Positions 1-9,343 of a DNA stretch of 64,000 nucleotides are shown here, piece by piece. The DNA is taken from IMG/VR virus record IMGVR_UViG_3300025732_000020, positions 32,001-96,000 of that record; one strand, written 5' to 3'. Below the pieces are notes generated by a model. The model was not told the origin of the DNA, ran no database searches, and worked only from the letters and a program-made list of their open reading frames with translations. The number at the start of each line of letters is the position of its first letter. The first letter of the stretch is position 1. Both the position numbers and the translations under genes were made by a program. The stretch comes from a virus.

Positions 1-944
1 TTGCCGTTTTCGCCCATGCCGACGAGCTCGAAGCTACGCTCAACAAGGATGTCACCGGTGAATACTCTACGCTCAATATTGAAACGCTCAGGAGTGGCGA
101 TAGGATAGCCACTGAGAGTATAGGTGTAGGCGAAAGCAGGGTTGCCATAGTTGGCATCAAGAGCAGGCATGAAGCCATCGGTAGCTCCTGAAGGATGGTA
201 GAAGAGAACAGCAACGTTGTTGTAGATGTTCTCAAGATTTCCTGTGGCAGGATCAAGCTTGAGTCTACGGGCAACGCGGATCTCATCAAGACCAAAGATC
301 TGAGCCAGGGTCTTCTCATCCACGAGTACGCCACGCTGCATGAAGTCACGGATACGCTTGTTACGCTTAAGGGCATTAAAGGCGTCAGGTGAGATCACCA
401 TCTTGTTAGGATAGATACCGATCTGTGAGCGAACTTGCTCCTTGGCATTATCCATGAGGACCTCAACGTCAGCAGTTGGGCTGTTGAACCGGTCAGCACC
501 ACCGTTGTAGGTGGAGAGATCGAGAACGTTATCATTCTCATACTGGGCAGAATCGGTTACGATGTCAGCAACCTGAACTTCCCATGACTGCATGAGGCGG
601 TTAGCAGCGTCTTTAGCAGCAAACTGACGAAGGTCAATTTGAGCAGCGCCGTTCTTGGCTTCAGCAGCGACTTCCTCGGCGATTTCCCAGCTGATCGCTT
701 CCTGACGGAGAGCGAACGAACGGGTTCCGAACTCGTTCTGGATCTTCTGGATGTTAGTTCCAGGAGCGCGAAGGAACGACTGAGCCGCAAAAGCCTCCTT
801 ACCAAAAACGAGTGTACGTCCGGCTCTGGTATTCATAGATACCGAAGGAGCGAAGAATGTAGCCACACCTTCGGCATTCTTATAGCCTTGGGCGAGTTGC
901 GTAAGAATAGGGTCAATTACGCGTACCTGATCAAGATTCATCAT
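1..944 (-). CDS. Major capsid protein (lambda gpE/Phage_cap_E-like, Mu-like prophage type), C-terminus runs off the window edge
   Basis: Manual translation of the reverse strand from ATG at 944 is open to the window edge: MMNLDQVRVIDPILTQLAQGYKNAEGVATFFAPSVSMNTRAGRTLVFGKEAF...VRSQIGVYPNKMVISPDAFNALKRN. AGGAGAG RBS at 954-960; directly downstream of cement and protease genes. Absent from the ORF track because it has no stop inside the window. Confidence 0.88.
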   Translation of the reverse strand, partial: MMNLDQVRVIDPILTQLAQGYKNAEGVATFFAPSVSMNTRAGRTLVFGKEAFAAQSFLRAPGTNIQKIQNEFGTRSFALRQEAISWEIAEEVAAEAKNGAAQIDLRQFAAKDAANRLMQSWEVQVADIVTDSAQYENDNVLDLSTYNGGADRFNSPTADVEVLMDNAKEQVRSQIGIYPNKMVISPDAFNALKRNKRIRDFMQRGVLVDEKTLAQIFGLDEIRVARRLKLDPATGNLENIYNNVAVLFYHPSGATDGFMPALDANYGNPAFAYTYTLSGYPIATPERFNIERRVFTGDILVERSFELVGMGENG

Positions 945-969
945 AGTTAATTACTCTCCTTTATATCTA

Positions 970-1461
970 TCAAGCACCAGCTTCGTTACCGAGCTTAACA
1001 CGGATATACTGACCAGCGGTAGTGGCAGCAGAGGTGTCAAGAGCACGACCAAGAACAACACCAGCACCGGCAGCCTTAGTGGCGGTTCCAGTTGTTGTGG
1101 CATATACAGCGTCGTCTACACTGAAGGCAGCGGCAGCTGCATCAACTTCAACGATAGCAATACCGGAGGTAACAATCGAAAGAAGACCTTGGTATGGGAA
1201 TACGCTGGTCTTGAAGGGGGTTGTGGAAGGATTGAGTTGACCTTCGTAAACGAGAGTCGAACCATCATCAACCTGATAGCCCTTAGCGGTGAGTTCACCT
1301 TGGCCAGGGGCAGCATAAACGCTAACGCCAGCGGCATAAGCACCGGCAGCGGGATAAGCACCATTACGCTTTACAAATCTGTGGGCCTCAACAGCGTTGG
1401 TTGACTGCACAGTTTCAACGTACTGGTGGTCAAAAGACATATAACGTGGGTCAGTTGCCAT
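970..1461 (-). CDS. Capsid cement/decoration protein, DUF2190-like
   Basis: Ala/Gly-rich, with GIAIVEVDAAAAAFSVDDAVYATTTGTATK...VVLGRALD...GQYIRVKL as in DUF2190; lies between protease and MCP; AAGGAG RBS. Confidence 0.75.
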   Translation of the reverse strand: MATDPRYMSFDHQYVETVQSTNAVEAHRFVKRNGAYPAAGAYAAGVSVYAAPGQGELTAKGYQVDDGSTLVYEGQLNPSTTPFKTSVFPYQGLLSIVTSGIAIVEVDAAAAAFSVDDAVYATTTGTATKAAGAGVVLGRALDTSAATTAGQYIRVKLGNEAGA

Positions 1462-1475
1462 TTTTAGTTTACTCC

Positions 1476-3410
1476 TTATGAGTTATTTGAGATAATTGCC
1501 TTCAGAGCGATGGTATATTCAACTCCTTTACTTTCAGCATACTCCAACGCCTGAACGTGGAGGTCTGCTGTAGAGGGGTCGTAGATATACCCATCGGCTG
1601 ATGGCGAGATTGACTTCTTAGCTGCTGGAGCCGAAGCCTGGGTTGCAAATTCTTCAAAACTGACCATTGAGGGTAGGTTCTCAAGGACATTCTTAAAGAA
1701 GTCAAATTGGGAAGTCTTACCTGACTCGGAGAAGTTCACGGAGTTCTTATTATTAAGGGTTTCCATGAAACGAACGAGGTCAGTCTTAGGAACGATTTGC
1801 TGAGTTAGCTTACCGCCCTCATAGAGAGTTTCACAGAAATCAGAGATCTCCTTCTCTCTCATCAACTTCTTCTGTCTGGAGAGTTCTTCCTCCAATTCGG
1901 CTACCCGAGCTTGTAAATCGCTCTGAACTCCCATAGCACGCTCGCTATGATCCAGAGTTCCTGTAGCCTCTTCAGTGGTGGTCTCTTCTGCCATATCGCT
2001 CTTTTCTTTCTCTTCTTCGTCCTCTTCGTTATCTTCGCATCCTTCAGCGTTATCAGAAACCTCAGTTTCCTCTTCACCATAAGCCTGCTCTCCCTTGGGT
2101 TCTTCAGCTCCCTTTACTTCCTCGGAAGTGGGATGTTCAGCTTCCGAAGGCTTTTCACCTTCTTTCACTGCTTCGCCCATGTCTTCAGTCTTCTCTTCTT
2201 CGTCCTCTTCTCCCTCTTCTTCACCCTTCTTAGCTTCGATCGCTTTCTTAAGTCCTTCGGGCATTTCGCCATAGGACATTCCATTCTCACCTTCCATCAT
2301 GGAAGCCGCATCGGTTTTTAGAGCTAGAGCCTTGATTAACTCATCAATTTCGTATTCTGAGGCGAGTTGAGCAATCTTTTGATCGTCGTCCTGCATGTCT
2401 CCAGACACATCGTCTGTTTCCATATCAGAACCATCATCTCCACCTTCTGAAGAAGGCCCAGCAGGAGGCATATCGTTGCCATCACCGCCATCTGTGTCTG
2501 GGGCACCGTCGGTACTATCAGCGCCATCTGCGTCTGCAGTAGGATCAGCATCGGCATCGATGTTATCACTACCATCACCACCGTCATCTGTTGGCATGTC
2601 AGAATCACTATCCATGTCAGAAGGCATATCGCCATCTTCAGGGGCATCATCTGCCATTTCCATCATCGGATCAGCAGGAGGCATTTCTGCATCCATGCCA
2701 TATTCCATTTCATAATCGGCTGGAGCGCCAGTTTCTGAAACTTTATTTCCGCTATCGTCATATACATTGGCGCCGGATTTACCACCACCGCCAATATTGA
2801 TATTAACAGTCATTCCCCCTTCGGAGTGTTCGATCACCGAAGCAGGAGTTTCTGTTTTGGTTTTTTTCCTAGCCATAGTTTGATTTTTTCCTAAGTGTTC
2901 TTTAAACGAAATAGAAGACTCCCCTTCGGAGGGGGTAAAAGTGATAGTCTCTGACTCAGAGATTTCAGAAAAAGCGGTTAGCCCTTTAACCGCTGGGATT
3001 GATACCAATCCAAGATGACGAAGGGCTAAATTTCCTGGTGTTGGATTCGTTTCCGCCTCTGGTAAGTAAAAGGAACTACTTACTTTCTTAAAAACTCCAT
3101 CTCGTATTAACTGTTCGGCCTTAGGGGTAAGTTCAACCTTACCCCAAAGTTCTTTGCCTTTTCTCCAGACTTTACGTACCCACCCAAGAGCTGGGGTTCC
3201 GTCGTCTTGGTCATGGCCAATAATTAACGGAGCCTCATGAGTATTTGGATTGTAGGTTTTAACGACCTGCTCCAGATCATTCTCAGTAAAGACCATTTTT
3301 TGGCCAGTAGAGGAAATCTGAGGACCCGCTCTGAACATCTCAATAAAAACAACCTTTTTAGGCTGTTGAGATGAAAGAGGCTCTTTAGTATTGAGTACGT
3401 GTTCTTTCAT
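1476..3410 (-). CDS. Prohead protease-scaffold fusion (Mu gpI/Z-like)
   Basis: N-terminal about 150 aa carry the Mu-like protease motifs PLIIGH, GWVRKV, LWGKVELT, KKVSSSFY, LRHLGL; then an acidic linker and a coiled-coil C-terminus (LQARVAELEEELSRQKK). Confidence 0.85.
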   Translation of the reverse strand: MKEHVLNTKEPLSSQQPKKVVFIEMFRAGPQISSTGQKMVFTENDLEQVVKTYNPNTHEAPLIIGHDQDDGTPALGWVRKVWRKGKELWGKVELTPKAEQLIRDGVFKKVSSSFYLPEAETNPTPGNLALRHLGLVSIPAVKGLTAFSEISESETITFTPSEGESSISFKEHLGKNQTMARKKTKTETPASVIEHSEGGMTVNINIGGGGKSGANVYDDSGNKVSETGAPADYEMEYGMDAEMPPADPMMEMADDAPEDGDMPSDMDSDSDMPTDDGGDGSDNIDADADPTADADGADSTDGAPDTDGGDGNDMPPAGPSSEGGDDGSDMETDDVSGDMQDDDQKIAQLASEYEIDELIKALALKTDAASMMEGENGMSYGEMPEGLKKAIEAKKGEEEGEEDEEEKTEDMGEAVKEGEKPSEAEHPTSEEVKGAEEPKGEQAYGEEETEVSDNAEGCEDNEEDEEEKEKSDMAEETTTEEATGTLDHSERAMGVQSDLQARVAELEEELSRQKKLMREKEISDFCETLYEGGKLTQQIVPKTDLVRFMETLNNKNSVNFSESGKTSQFDFFKNVLENLPSMVSFEEFATQASAPAAKKSISPSADGYIYDPSTADLHVQALEYAESKGVEYTIALKAIISNNS

Positions 3411-3413
3411 TTA

Positions 3414-6047
3414 TCAGAATACGTTTGTAGTATTGAGAAGATTACTAAATCTCTCTTCATTTCTGGAGAACGAGTCACTCAACTGAACTACCTGTCCAGC
3501 TGGCGTTCTTACGACAGTAACAAGTAGACGCTCAAGGGTTGGACTTGTTGCCACGTAAACATCTAGTCTTACTGTTCCTTGCTCAAGGGTTAGACTGTCG
3601 TTATTAGCCGATGAACAGACTACTAAATAAGCCTGTTCTGGTCTTGCTCCAAAGAGAGCTCCTTGACGGAAGAATTGTCCACACACCTGAGAGGCAATAG
3701 ACTTAACTCTAGCGTATACTGTGCCAGCGGAATCGATTTGTTCAAACAGGATATCATCAAAACTACGGCCTAGAACATCAACTAAAACGTTGAGGATTAC
3801 GCGAGTATTGATAAACTTAAACAGAGGATTACTAGAGAGAGTTCTAGCGCCCCAAGTTACAATGCCACGATTAGGAAGTGAACGGATTGGGTTCAGACCA
3901 AGTGCATAAGTAACTTCTTGTTGTTGAGCAGAGATATCAAATCTAAGACCATTAGCACCGCGTAGTGGATAACGGGCGCCAGCTGGAGGCTGTTGGAAAC
4001 CTTCATTGATATATCTTGAGCAAGCAATACCAGCTACATATCCAGAAGGAGCAACATAACGATCGTCAAGATTCCTCACATATGGAGCGTAGTATGCGGC
4101 ATGGCCATAAGGCACTCCGACTGTACTCTTAAGAAGATCCAACTCATCTTGGACATCTCCAAGTGAAGTTTCATCAGCACCACAATCGATTAGAGCCACA
4201 TGCTGAGTAGCAGTGATTCCTTCGGTCGTTCCAATTCTGCCTTCAGCGGCACGAATTAGAGTCTGTGTAATCTTTAACCTTTCTTGACGAGCTTCGGAAG
4301 CACTTGCAAAGTCTCCTGTTCCTGCTTCATAGGTTAGTACTGAGTAAGCCTCTGGGGCAAATAGGAATCCAGGGGCGAGTGCTCCTGAACCTACTCCTTG
4401 CTCAATTGCATATACAAAGTCACTAGCTTTTGCAGTAGCGGAAACTTTATAAGAATCATAAGTAGCGTTCTGATCAGTGGAGATTAGTTTTACTACATTA
4501 GGATCAGAGATACCGGAACGATTGAGTCCTGGGTATACTGGCGAACTTACGCCGTTCTTAGAGGTAATCTTTACTCTTAGAACATAATCATGCGAGTAGA
4601 AGCCATTAGCTGTAGCTTTATCATCTTGAGTTGCTCCTTCATCCAACTCAGAAAGTTCTGGGCGGATATAAGGATTACCCACTACTGAGACTAGATCGCT
4701 GGTCGTAGATAGTCCGTTATTTGGGATATACTTGGTGGCTGAAAGTTTACCAGCATCAGAGTCAGAAACTAGAGCCTCTACTGAGTAAAAATCAATTAGA
4801 TCTTTTTCAGTAAGAATAGCTTTGATTTCAGTCTCTAGCCCAGTTGCCAATTCTTCAGGAGTTGCTCCATTGACAATAATGGCTCTGTTTTCACCAGCCA
4901 CATTGACATAGAACACCTGAACGGAATCAGGAAGATATCCTGTACGTGTAACAGGGTTTCCGCTTGGTACTACTGGATTGATTCCATCTACAACCTTCGA
5001 GAAGTTGCCAGAATTTGAGTCATACTGCCAATAAACTGCATCGGCATCAGCCCATTTATCAGTATTTGTACTAAGATCTTTTGAAATAGCTACATACTTA
5101 TTATCTGGGATATTTCCTGTTGTATAGATCTTTTGATTATTTAGGAAAGCCTTTAGGATAGCAGATTGCTCAGTTGTGATATCAGTATAAGTACTTTGTG
5201 CAGCGAAGAAAGAACTTAGTTGTGCTCCAGAGAGGTGAAGAATACCCTCTTTAGTTTCTTGATCGCGGGATACGCAGCGGAAGTTAATTTCCTTGATGGA
5301 AGTATAGAATGATACAACTCCGGGCTCTTGGAGAAGGTCGATTTTTTGAGCATATTCAGAGAGATTGAACTTATAAGCATGAAGTTCTTGAATCTCTGGG
5401 ACTCTACGAGAATCTTTTGAGAAAATTCTGAATTTGCCAGCTAATGCCTCAGTAGCACTCTGCTCGATTTTATAATAATCAGCAAACCCGTCACCATTAC
5501 CAGAAAGGAATGTGTATATATCTCTGGCGTTATCAGTTTTATCTAGTCCGGTGGTTGTGATAACTTTGATTTCAGTATTATCCGCATCATAGATGCCGAT
5601 AGGGGTACCGAAATATCTACCGTTTACTTTAATAGCAAATGCATTGTACCCAGTATCAGCAGAAGATTCACTAAGATTAACTACAGTTTCTGGGGTAGGA
5701 GTTACTCTGGTAAAGTAAAGAATACCATTTACTCCAACGTTATCAAAAAATGCTTTAATACTATCGTAACTAGCAAGAGCCCCTTTATTACCTACTGGAA
5801 TACTATTAAGTCCAATTTTATCCAGATAGTCATCTACAGATGCAATCTGAGTCGGTTTATAAGGTTCTAGATACGAGTAAGTATCAGTAGCATCTTTTCC
5901 ATAATAATCTTCAGCGGGAGTACTGCCAAAGATATACCCTACTGCGTGCGTTGCAATAGGTTGCGGAAGAGAGCCAGTTGTTGTTTGTGTAACAAAGACT
6001 CCCGGCCTATTCAATGACGCGGCATTGATTCTAATAGGATTGGCCAT
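3414..6047 (-). CDS. Contractile tail sheath protein
   Basis: N-terminal RPGVFV; C-terminal sheath motifs YYAPY..YVAPSGYVAG, GFQQPPAG, LNPIRSLPNRGIVTWGARTLS, FINTRVILN. Confidence 0.92.
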   Translation of the reverse strand: MANPIRINAASLNRPGVFVTQTTTGSLPQPIATHAVGYIFGSTPAEDYYGKDATDTYSYLEPYKPTQIASVDDYLDKIGLNSIPVGNKGALASYDSIKAFFDNVGVNGILYFTRVTPTPETVVNLSESSADTGYNAFAIKVNGRYFGTPIGIYDADNTEIKVITTTGLDKTDNARDIYTFLSGNGDGFADYYKIEQSATEALAGKFRIFSKDSRRVPEIQELHAYKFNLSEYAQKIDLLQEPGVVSFYTSIKEINFRCVSRDQETKEGILHLSGAQLSSFFAAQSTYTDITTEQSAILKAFLNNQKIYTTGNIPDNKYVAISKDLSTNTDKWADADAVYWQYDSNSGNFSKVVDGINPVVPSGNPVTRTGYLPDSVQVFYVNVAGENRAIIVNGATPEELATGLETEIKAILTEKDLIDFYSVEALVSDSDAGKLSATKYIPNNGLSTTSDLVSVVGNPYIRPELSELDEGATQDDKATANGFYSHDYVLRVKITSKNGVSSPVYPGLNRSGISDPNVVKLISTDQNATYDSYKVSATAKASDFVYAIEQGVGSGALAPGFLFAPEAYSVLTYEAGTGDFASASEARQERLKITQTLIRAAEGRIGTTEGITATQHVALIDCGADETSLGDVQDELDLLKSTVGVPYGHAAYYAPYVRNLDDRYVAPSGYVAGIACSRYINEGFQQPPAGARYPLRGANGLRFDISAQQQEVTYALGLNPIRSLPNRGIVTWGARTLSSNPLFKFINTRVILNVLVDVLGRSFDDILFEQIDSAGTVYARVKSIASQVCGQFFRQGALFGARPEQAYLVVCSSANNDSLTLEQGTVRLDVYVATSPTLERLLVTVVRTPAGQVVQLSDSFSRNEERFSNLLNTTNVF

Positions 6048-6082
6048 AAGGAAATGAAGACACTATATCTTTCACTATTATC

Positions 6083-6089
6083 CTTAAAC
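6083..6089 (-). promoter_or_regulatory. Variant GTTTAAG of the recurrent upstream motif
   Basis: Intergenic, 35 nt upstream of the sheath ATG and oriented towards it; one mismatch to GTTTAAA. Confidence 0.4.
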
Positions 6090-6110
6090 AAATAAGGTAT
6101 TTTGACTTGT

Positions 6111-6353
6111 TTATATAATTACGTCTTTTTTATAAAGAAGAAATAACTCGTTCATGAGCCAATCTGGACAGGAACTAACACCACATCTCTTAAACTCAAG
6201 GAGTTTCATTGATTTTCTTAAAATCTTATTAAAATCATTTGTATCTACGTATCTTGCACAAACTTTCACAAAAGACTTTAACTCTATTTGATCTTGTTCT
6301 ATACAAATAGAACATAAGATAAGGATAAGTTTTAATTTATCTGAGTCAGTCAT
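6111..6353 (-). CDS. Hypothetical protein (80 aa)
   Basis: ORF overlapping the end of the upstream gene; no recognised motif. Confidence 0.6.
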   Translation of the reverse strand: MTDSDKLKLILILCSICIEQDQIELKSFVKVCARYVDTNDFNKILRKSMKLLEFKRCGVSSCPDWLMNELFLLYKKDVII

Positions 6354-6795
6354 TAGGTTTCATTGAGTCTATTGCTTCTTTGTGGATTTGAGTCATAGCA
6401 ATAAATTTCGTCATAGGAACTTTTTCCATTTCTAGCACATTCGCAAATGACCCATTCTGTATTCCATAACAGGCTTTTAACCAGGAATATTTAGATATAT
6501 AGTTGCATAGGATATTATCCCTAATGCAGTTAAAAACCTTGATTATAGTTTTTTGAGTAAAAGACCCAGAACTTATCCCATCTAGATTTAAATAATCTAT
6601 GATGTTCTGAATATTTTCAAATGAAACTCTTTTTTGTCCTTCTTTTAAATTCTCATCTTTATCGCCTAAAATAACATCAAGATATTCTAAATCTTCTCCT
6701 GTTATATCTCTGAATTTGATCTCTCTTCCCTTTCTGTCTTTTATTGTTATTGTATAGTTATGATTACGAATTACTTCGAACTCATCATTCTCCAT
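6346..6795 (-). CDS. Putative tail assembly chaperone (second copy, G+T-like)
   Basis: REIKFRDITGEDLEYLD resembles the tail-chaperone N-terminus; adjacent to another chaperone-like gene and near the sheath. Confidence 0.4.
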   Translation of the reverse strand: MENDEFEVIRNHNYTITIKDRKGREIKFRDITGEDLEYLDVILGDKDENLKEGQKRVSFENIQNIIDYLNLDGISSGSFTQKTIIKVFNCIRDNILCNYISKYSWLKACYGIQNGSFANVLEMEKVPMTKFIAMTQIHKEAIDSMKPND

Positions 6796-7135
6796 CTCCG
6801 TCTAATCCTAGGAGTTGATTAATTGCTTGGCCAAGCATTTTAAGTTGCTTTGCGCGAAGTCTCTTAGCGTCTTTAAGTGAGAGTCTTTTTTGACCGGATG
6901 AAGGTGCGTGAAGAATACAAATAGTTTGTAGAGTAGCCTCTACTTCTGAAATCTTTTTATCTTCTGAGATATTAGAAATTGAGATGAGATCATCGGCGGA
7001 TGGTTCTTTAAGGCAAAGAAACTTCCCAGGAGCAATCTCTACTGGAATAACTTCCGGTTCTCCAAAGTCAAAAACGTCATTTTCAAACTCAGAGTCCTCT
7101 ACTTGAGAAACTCGTGACATTTTGTTGATTGCCAT
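6785..7135 (-). CDS. Putative tail assembly chaperone (Mu gp41-like)
   Basis: 116 aa; LCLKEPSADDL...TICILH...LSLKDAKRLRAKQLKMLGQAINQLLG has the typical size and pattern of a tail chaperone. Confidence 0.55.
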   Translation of the reverse strand: MAINKMSRVSQVEDSEFENDVFDFGEPEVIPVEIAPGKFLCLKEPSADDLISISNISEDKKISEVEATLQTICILHAPSSGQKRLSLKDAKRLRAKQLKMLGQAINQLLGLDGDGE

Positions 7136-7157
7136 TGCGTTTATATAGTGTCTCTTT

Positions 7158-7178
7158 CTTTAAACCCCTTTGTTTAAA
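7158..7178. promoter_or_regulatory. Back-to-back GTTTAAA motifs for the divergent genes
   Basis: CTTTAAAC at 7158-7165 (GTTTAAAG on minus) and GTTTAAA at 7172-7178 on plus, in a 53-nt divergent gap. Confidence 0.6.
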
Positions 7179-7188
7179 TTTAAGATAG

Positions 7189-7815
7189 ATGGTAGGTATT
7201 TACGTGGCAGTTAATAATAACCCATATCAAGTATGGCAGAAACTCCGCCAAAATTCTGATTATAGGTCCACTGATACTCAAATAACCTCTTTAGTTAGAC
7301 AACAACTATCTCAATCTGAATATTTAAGAAATTCAAATCGTGTAAATCCTGGCCCGAATAGGAATACCAGAGTTAAGATAGCTAGAAATTCTCCACAAAT
7401 TCCTCACGTATTTGTATCTGATGATATGTGGGGATGGCAGAATTGGGTTCATTCTAGAGACGAATTTATATTATTTAATTTAGGTACTAACCTGATAGAA
7501 CGTGTAGATTACATCCCCGGTACTACATATTTAGATTCAAATATAGGTGGAATGTCTTATAATCTCTATTCTCCTCAAAATACGGGTTCAGTTCAAGTTA
7601 ATTCAGATTATCCTTTGATAACTTCAAGTACAACTTATAATTCATATATTGGAAATATCTCAGTAGATGTTAGCAATCTAACTTCTACATCCCAAGATTA
7701 TTTAATGATGTATAACTCTGCCAGTAATAAATTTGAATTTAAGTCTCCTCAGTATATACTGGGTATTTCTGATGGAGACTTTGATACCTCTACTCTCAAT
7801 TTTGGTGGTTATTAA
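7189..7815 (+). CDS. Hypothetical protein, probably virion-associated
   Basis: 208 aa ORF heading a fibre operon; ends LNFGGY, similar to the C-termini of the next two genes. Confidence 0.6.
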   Translation: MVGIYVAVNNNPYQVWQKLRQNSDYRSTDTQITSLVRQQLSQSEYLRNSNRVNPGPNRNTRVKIARNSPQIPHVFVSDDMWGWQNWVHSRDEFILFNLGTNLIERVDYIPGTTYLDSNIGGMSYNLYSPQNTGSVQVNSDYPLITSSTTYNSYIGNISVDVSNLTSTSQDYLMMYNSASNKFEFKSPQYILGISDGDFDTSTLNFGGY

Positions 7816-7861
7816 ACCGATCCAACTCAGAGTTTAATATATAGTTAGAGATACTCTTCCC

Positions 7862-9298
7862 ATGGCATTACCACGTTTACAACTTAGAAAGGGAACATCA
7901 GCCCCTTCCGGTAATATAGCATTAATTGCAGAACCGTTTGTAGATACTACAAATAAGAATTTTTATATTGCTGATGGAACTAGTTCTTTCATCCATGTCG
8001 GCGGTGGAACTTATACGTCGAGAGTTGATGAATTTTTAACAGCTTCTATAGCATCTACATCTGTAGGCCGTATAACTCTAAAAGATGCACAGGCAACACA
8101 AAATTCTGTTACTCTTGATGTTCCAGCAACAGTAACTACATCATATAGTTTTACATTACCGCCAAATGCGGGTACTGATGGTTATATTTTAAAAACTGAT
8201 GGATCTGGAAATACCTCTTGGGTTCAACAACAATCTGGATTTGCTAACTGGGTGTTATCTGATGGAACAACTAGTCAAACAGTTAATAGTACAGATACAG
8301 TAACAGTTACTGGTGGTTCTGGTGTTGCTGCTGTTGTATCAGCAACAGATACTCTAACTATCAGTCTCGATATCAATGAACTAACTGCACTTGATGCTGA
8401 GGGCGGTGGAGATCCTTTAGTCGTTGCAGATAGTATTGCAGTTTATGATGCATCAGCAACTGCAAGCAAAAAAGTAACAATTGGTAACTTAGAAACAGTT
8501 ATTTTTGCAGATGTTTCTGGCGATATCACTATTGCTGCTAATGGAACAGCTGCTATTGGATCTGGAGTAATTGTCGATGCTGATATCAGCGCAACTGCAG
8601 AAATTGCTGTTAGTAAATTAGCAGATGGTGCAGCACGTCAACTCCTACAAACAGATGCGGCTGGCACAGGCGTTGAATGGACATCAAGCGTTGATATCCC
8701 AGGAACTCTAGACGTAACAGGAAAAACCACTCTAGACGGGGATCTAGACGTTGCAACTACAGTAACTACTGGCGGCGCAGTTAATATTGCTACCGGTACT
8801 ACATCTACTGGTAATACAAAGACTGTTAACATTGCAACAAACGGAGCTGCTGGATCAACTACTTCGGTTACTATTGGTACCAGTGCAGGAACATCTTCGG
8901 TAACTATCCTTGGCGATTTAACAGTAACTGGAGCAACTACTACTGTAAATACAAATAACACAGTAGTAAAAGATAGTCTAATTGAATTAGCAAATGGCAC
9001 AACCGGAACTCCTACATCCGACGCCGGTCTAATTATCGAAAGAGGAACTCTTTCTAACGTATTTGTTGGATATGATGAGGGTGCTGATGTATTCGTAGTT
9101 GGAACAACTAGTGCAACAGGTTCTTCTTCTGATACAACCCCAACTCCTATTACGTTCTTAGCTGGAGCACTTAACTTAACTGATACTGCCGGTACTAATG
9201 AGTCGGTAATTAGCTATCTTGCCGCTAATACAGTTTATGCTGGACAGGCTGCAGGAAGATATCTACAAAATGTCAATATTGATTTAGGAACATATTGA
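7862..9298 (+). CDS. Tail/head fibre protein
   Basis: N-terminal LQLRKG...AEPFVDTTNKNFYIADG (Mtd_N-like anchor); Thr/Gly/Ala-rich beta repeats; GDLTVTGATTTVN; ends IDLGTY. Confidence 0.7.
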   Translation: MALPRLQLRKGTSAPSGNIALIAEPFVDTTNKNFYIADGTSSFIHVGGGTYTSRVDEFLTASIASTSVGRITLKDAQATQNSVTLDVPATVTTSYSFTLPPNAGTDGYILKTDGSGNTSWVQQQSGFANWVLSDGTTSQTVNSTDTVTVTGGSGVAAVVSATDTLTISLDINELTALDAEGGGDPLVVADSIAVYDASATASKKVTIGNLETVIFADVSGDITIAANGTAAIGSGVIVDADISATAEIAVSKLADGAARQLLQTDAAGTGVEWTSSVDIPGTLDVTGKTTLDGDLDVATTVTTGGAVNIATGTTSTGNTKTVNIATNGAAGSTTSVTIGTSAGTSSVTILGDLTVTGATTTVNTNNTVVKDSLIELANGTTGTPTSDAGLIIERGTLSNVFVGYDEGADVFVVGTTSATGSSSDTTPTPITFLAGALNLTDTAGTNESVISYLAANTVYAGQAAGRYLQNVNIDLGTY

Positions 9299-9306
9299 TA
9301 AATACA

Positions 9307-9343
9307 TACTTATTAGTTGAATAAGTAATATCACTAATAAGTA
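9307..9343. repeat. 11-bp perfect inverted repeat abutting a start codon
   Basis: TACTTATTAGT (9307-9317) and ACTAATAAGTA (9333-9343); ATG at 9344. Confidence 0.7.

Noticed and set aside
195-950. ORF-track entries 195-392(+), 557-805(-) and 639-950(+)
   Set aside because: Shadow frames over the major capsid gene, which occupies another minus frame and has an RBS and recognisable motifs.
6785-6900. Programmed -1 frameshift between the tail chaperone genes (A6G run in GQKR)
   Set aside because: The AAAAAAG heptamer is out of phase with the coding frame (CAA AAA AGA), and the downstream gene has its own ATG.
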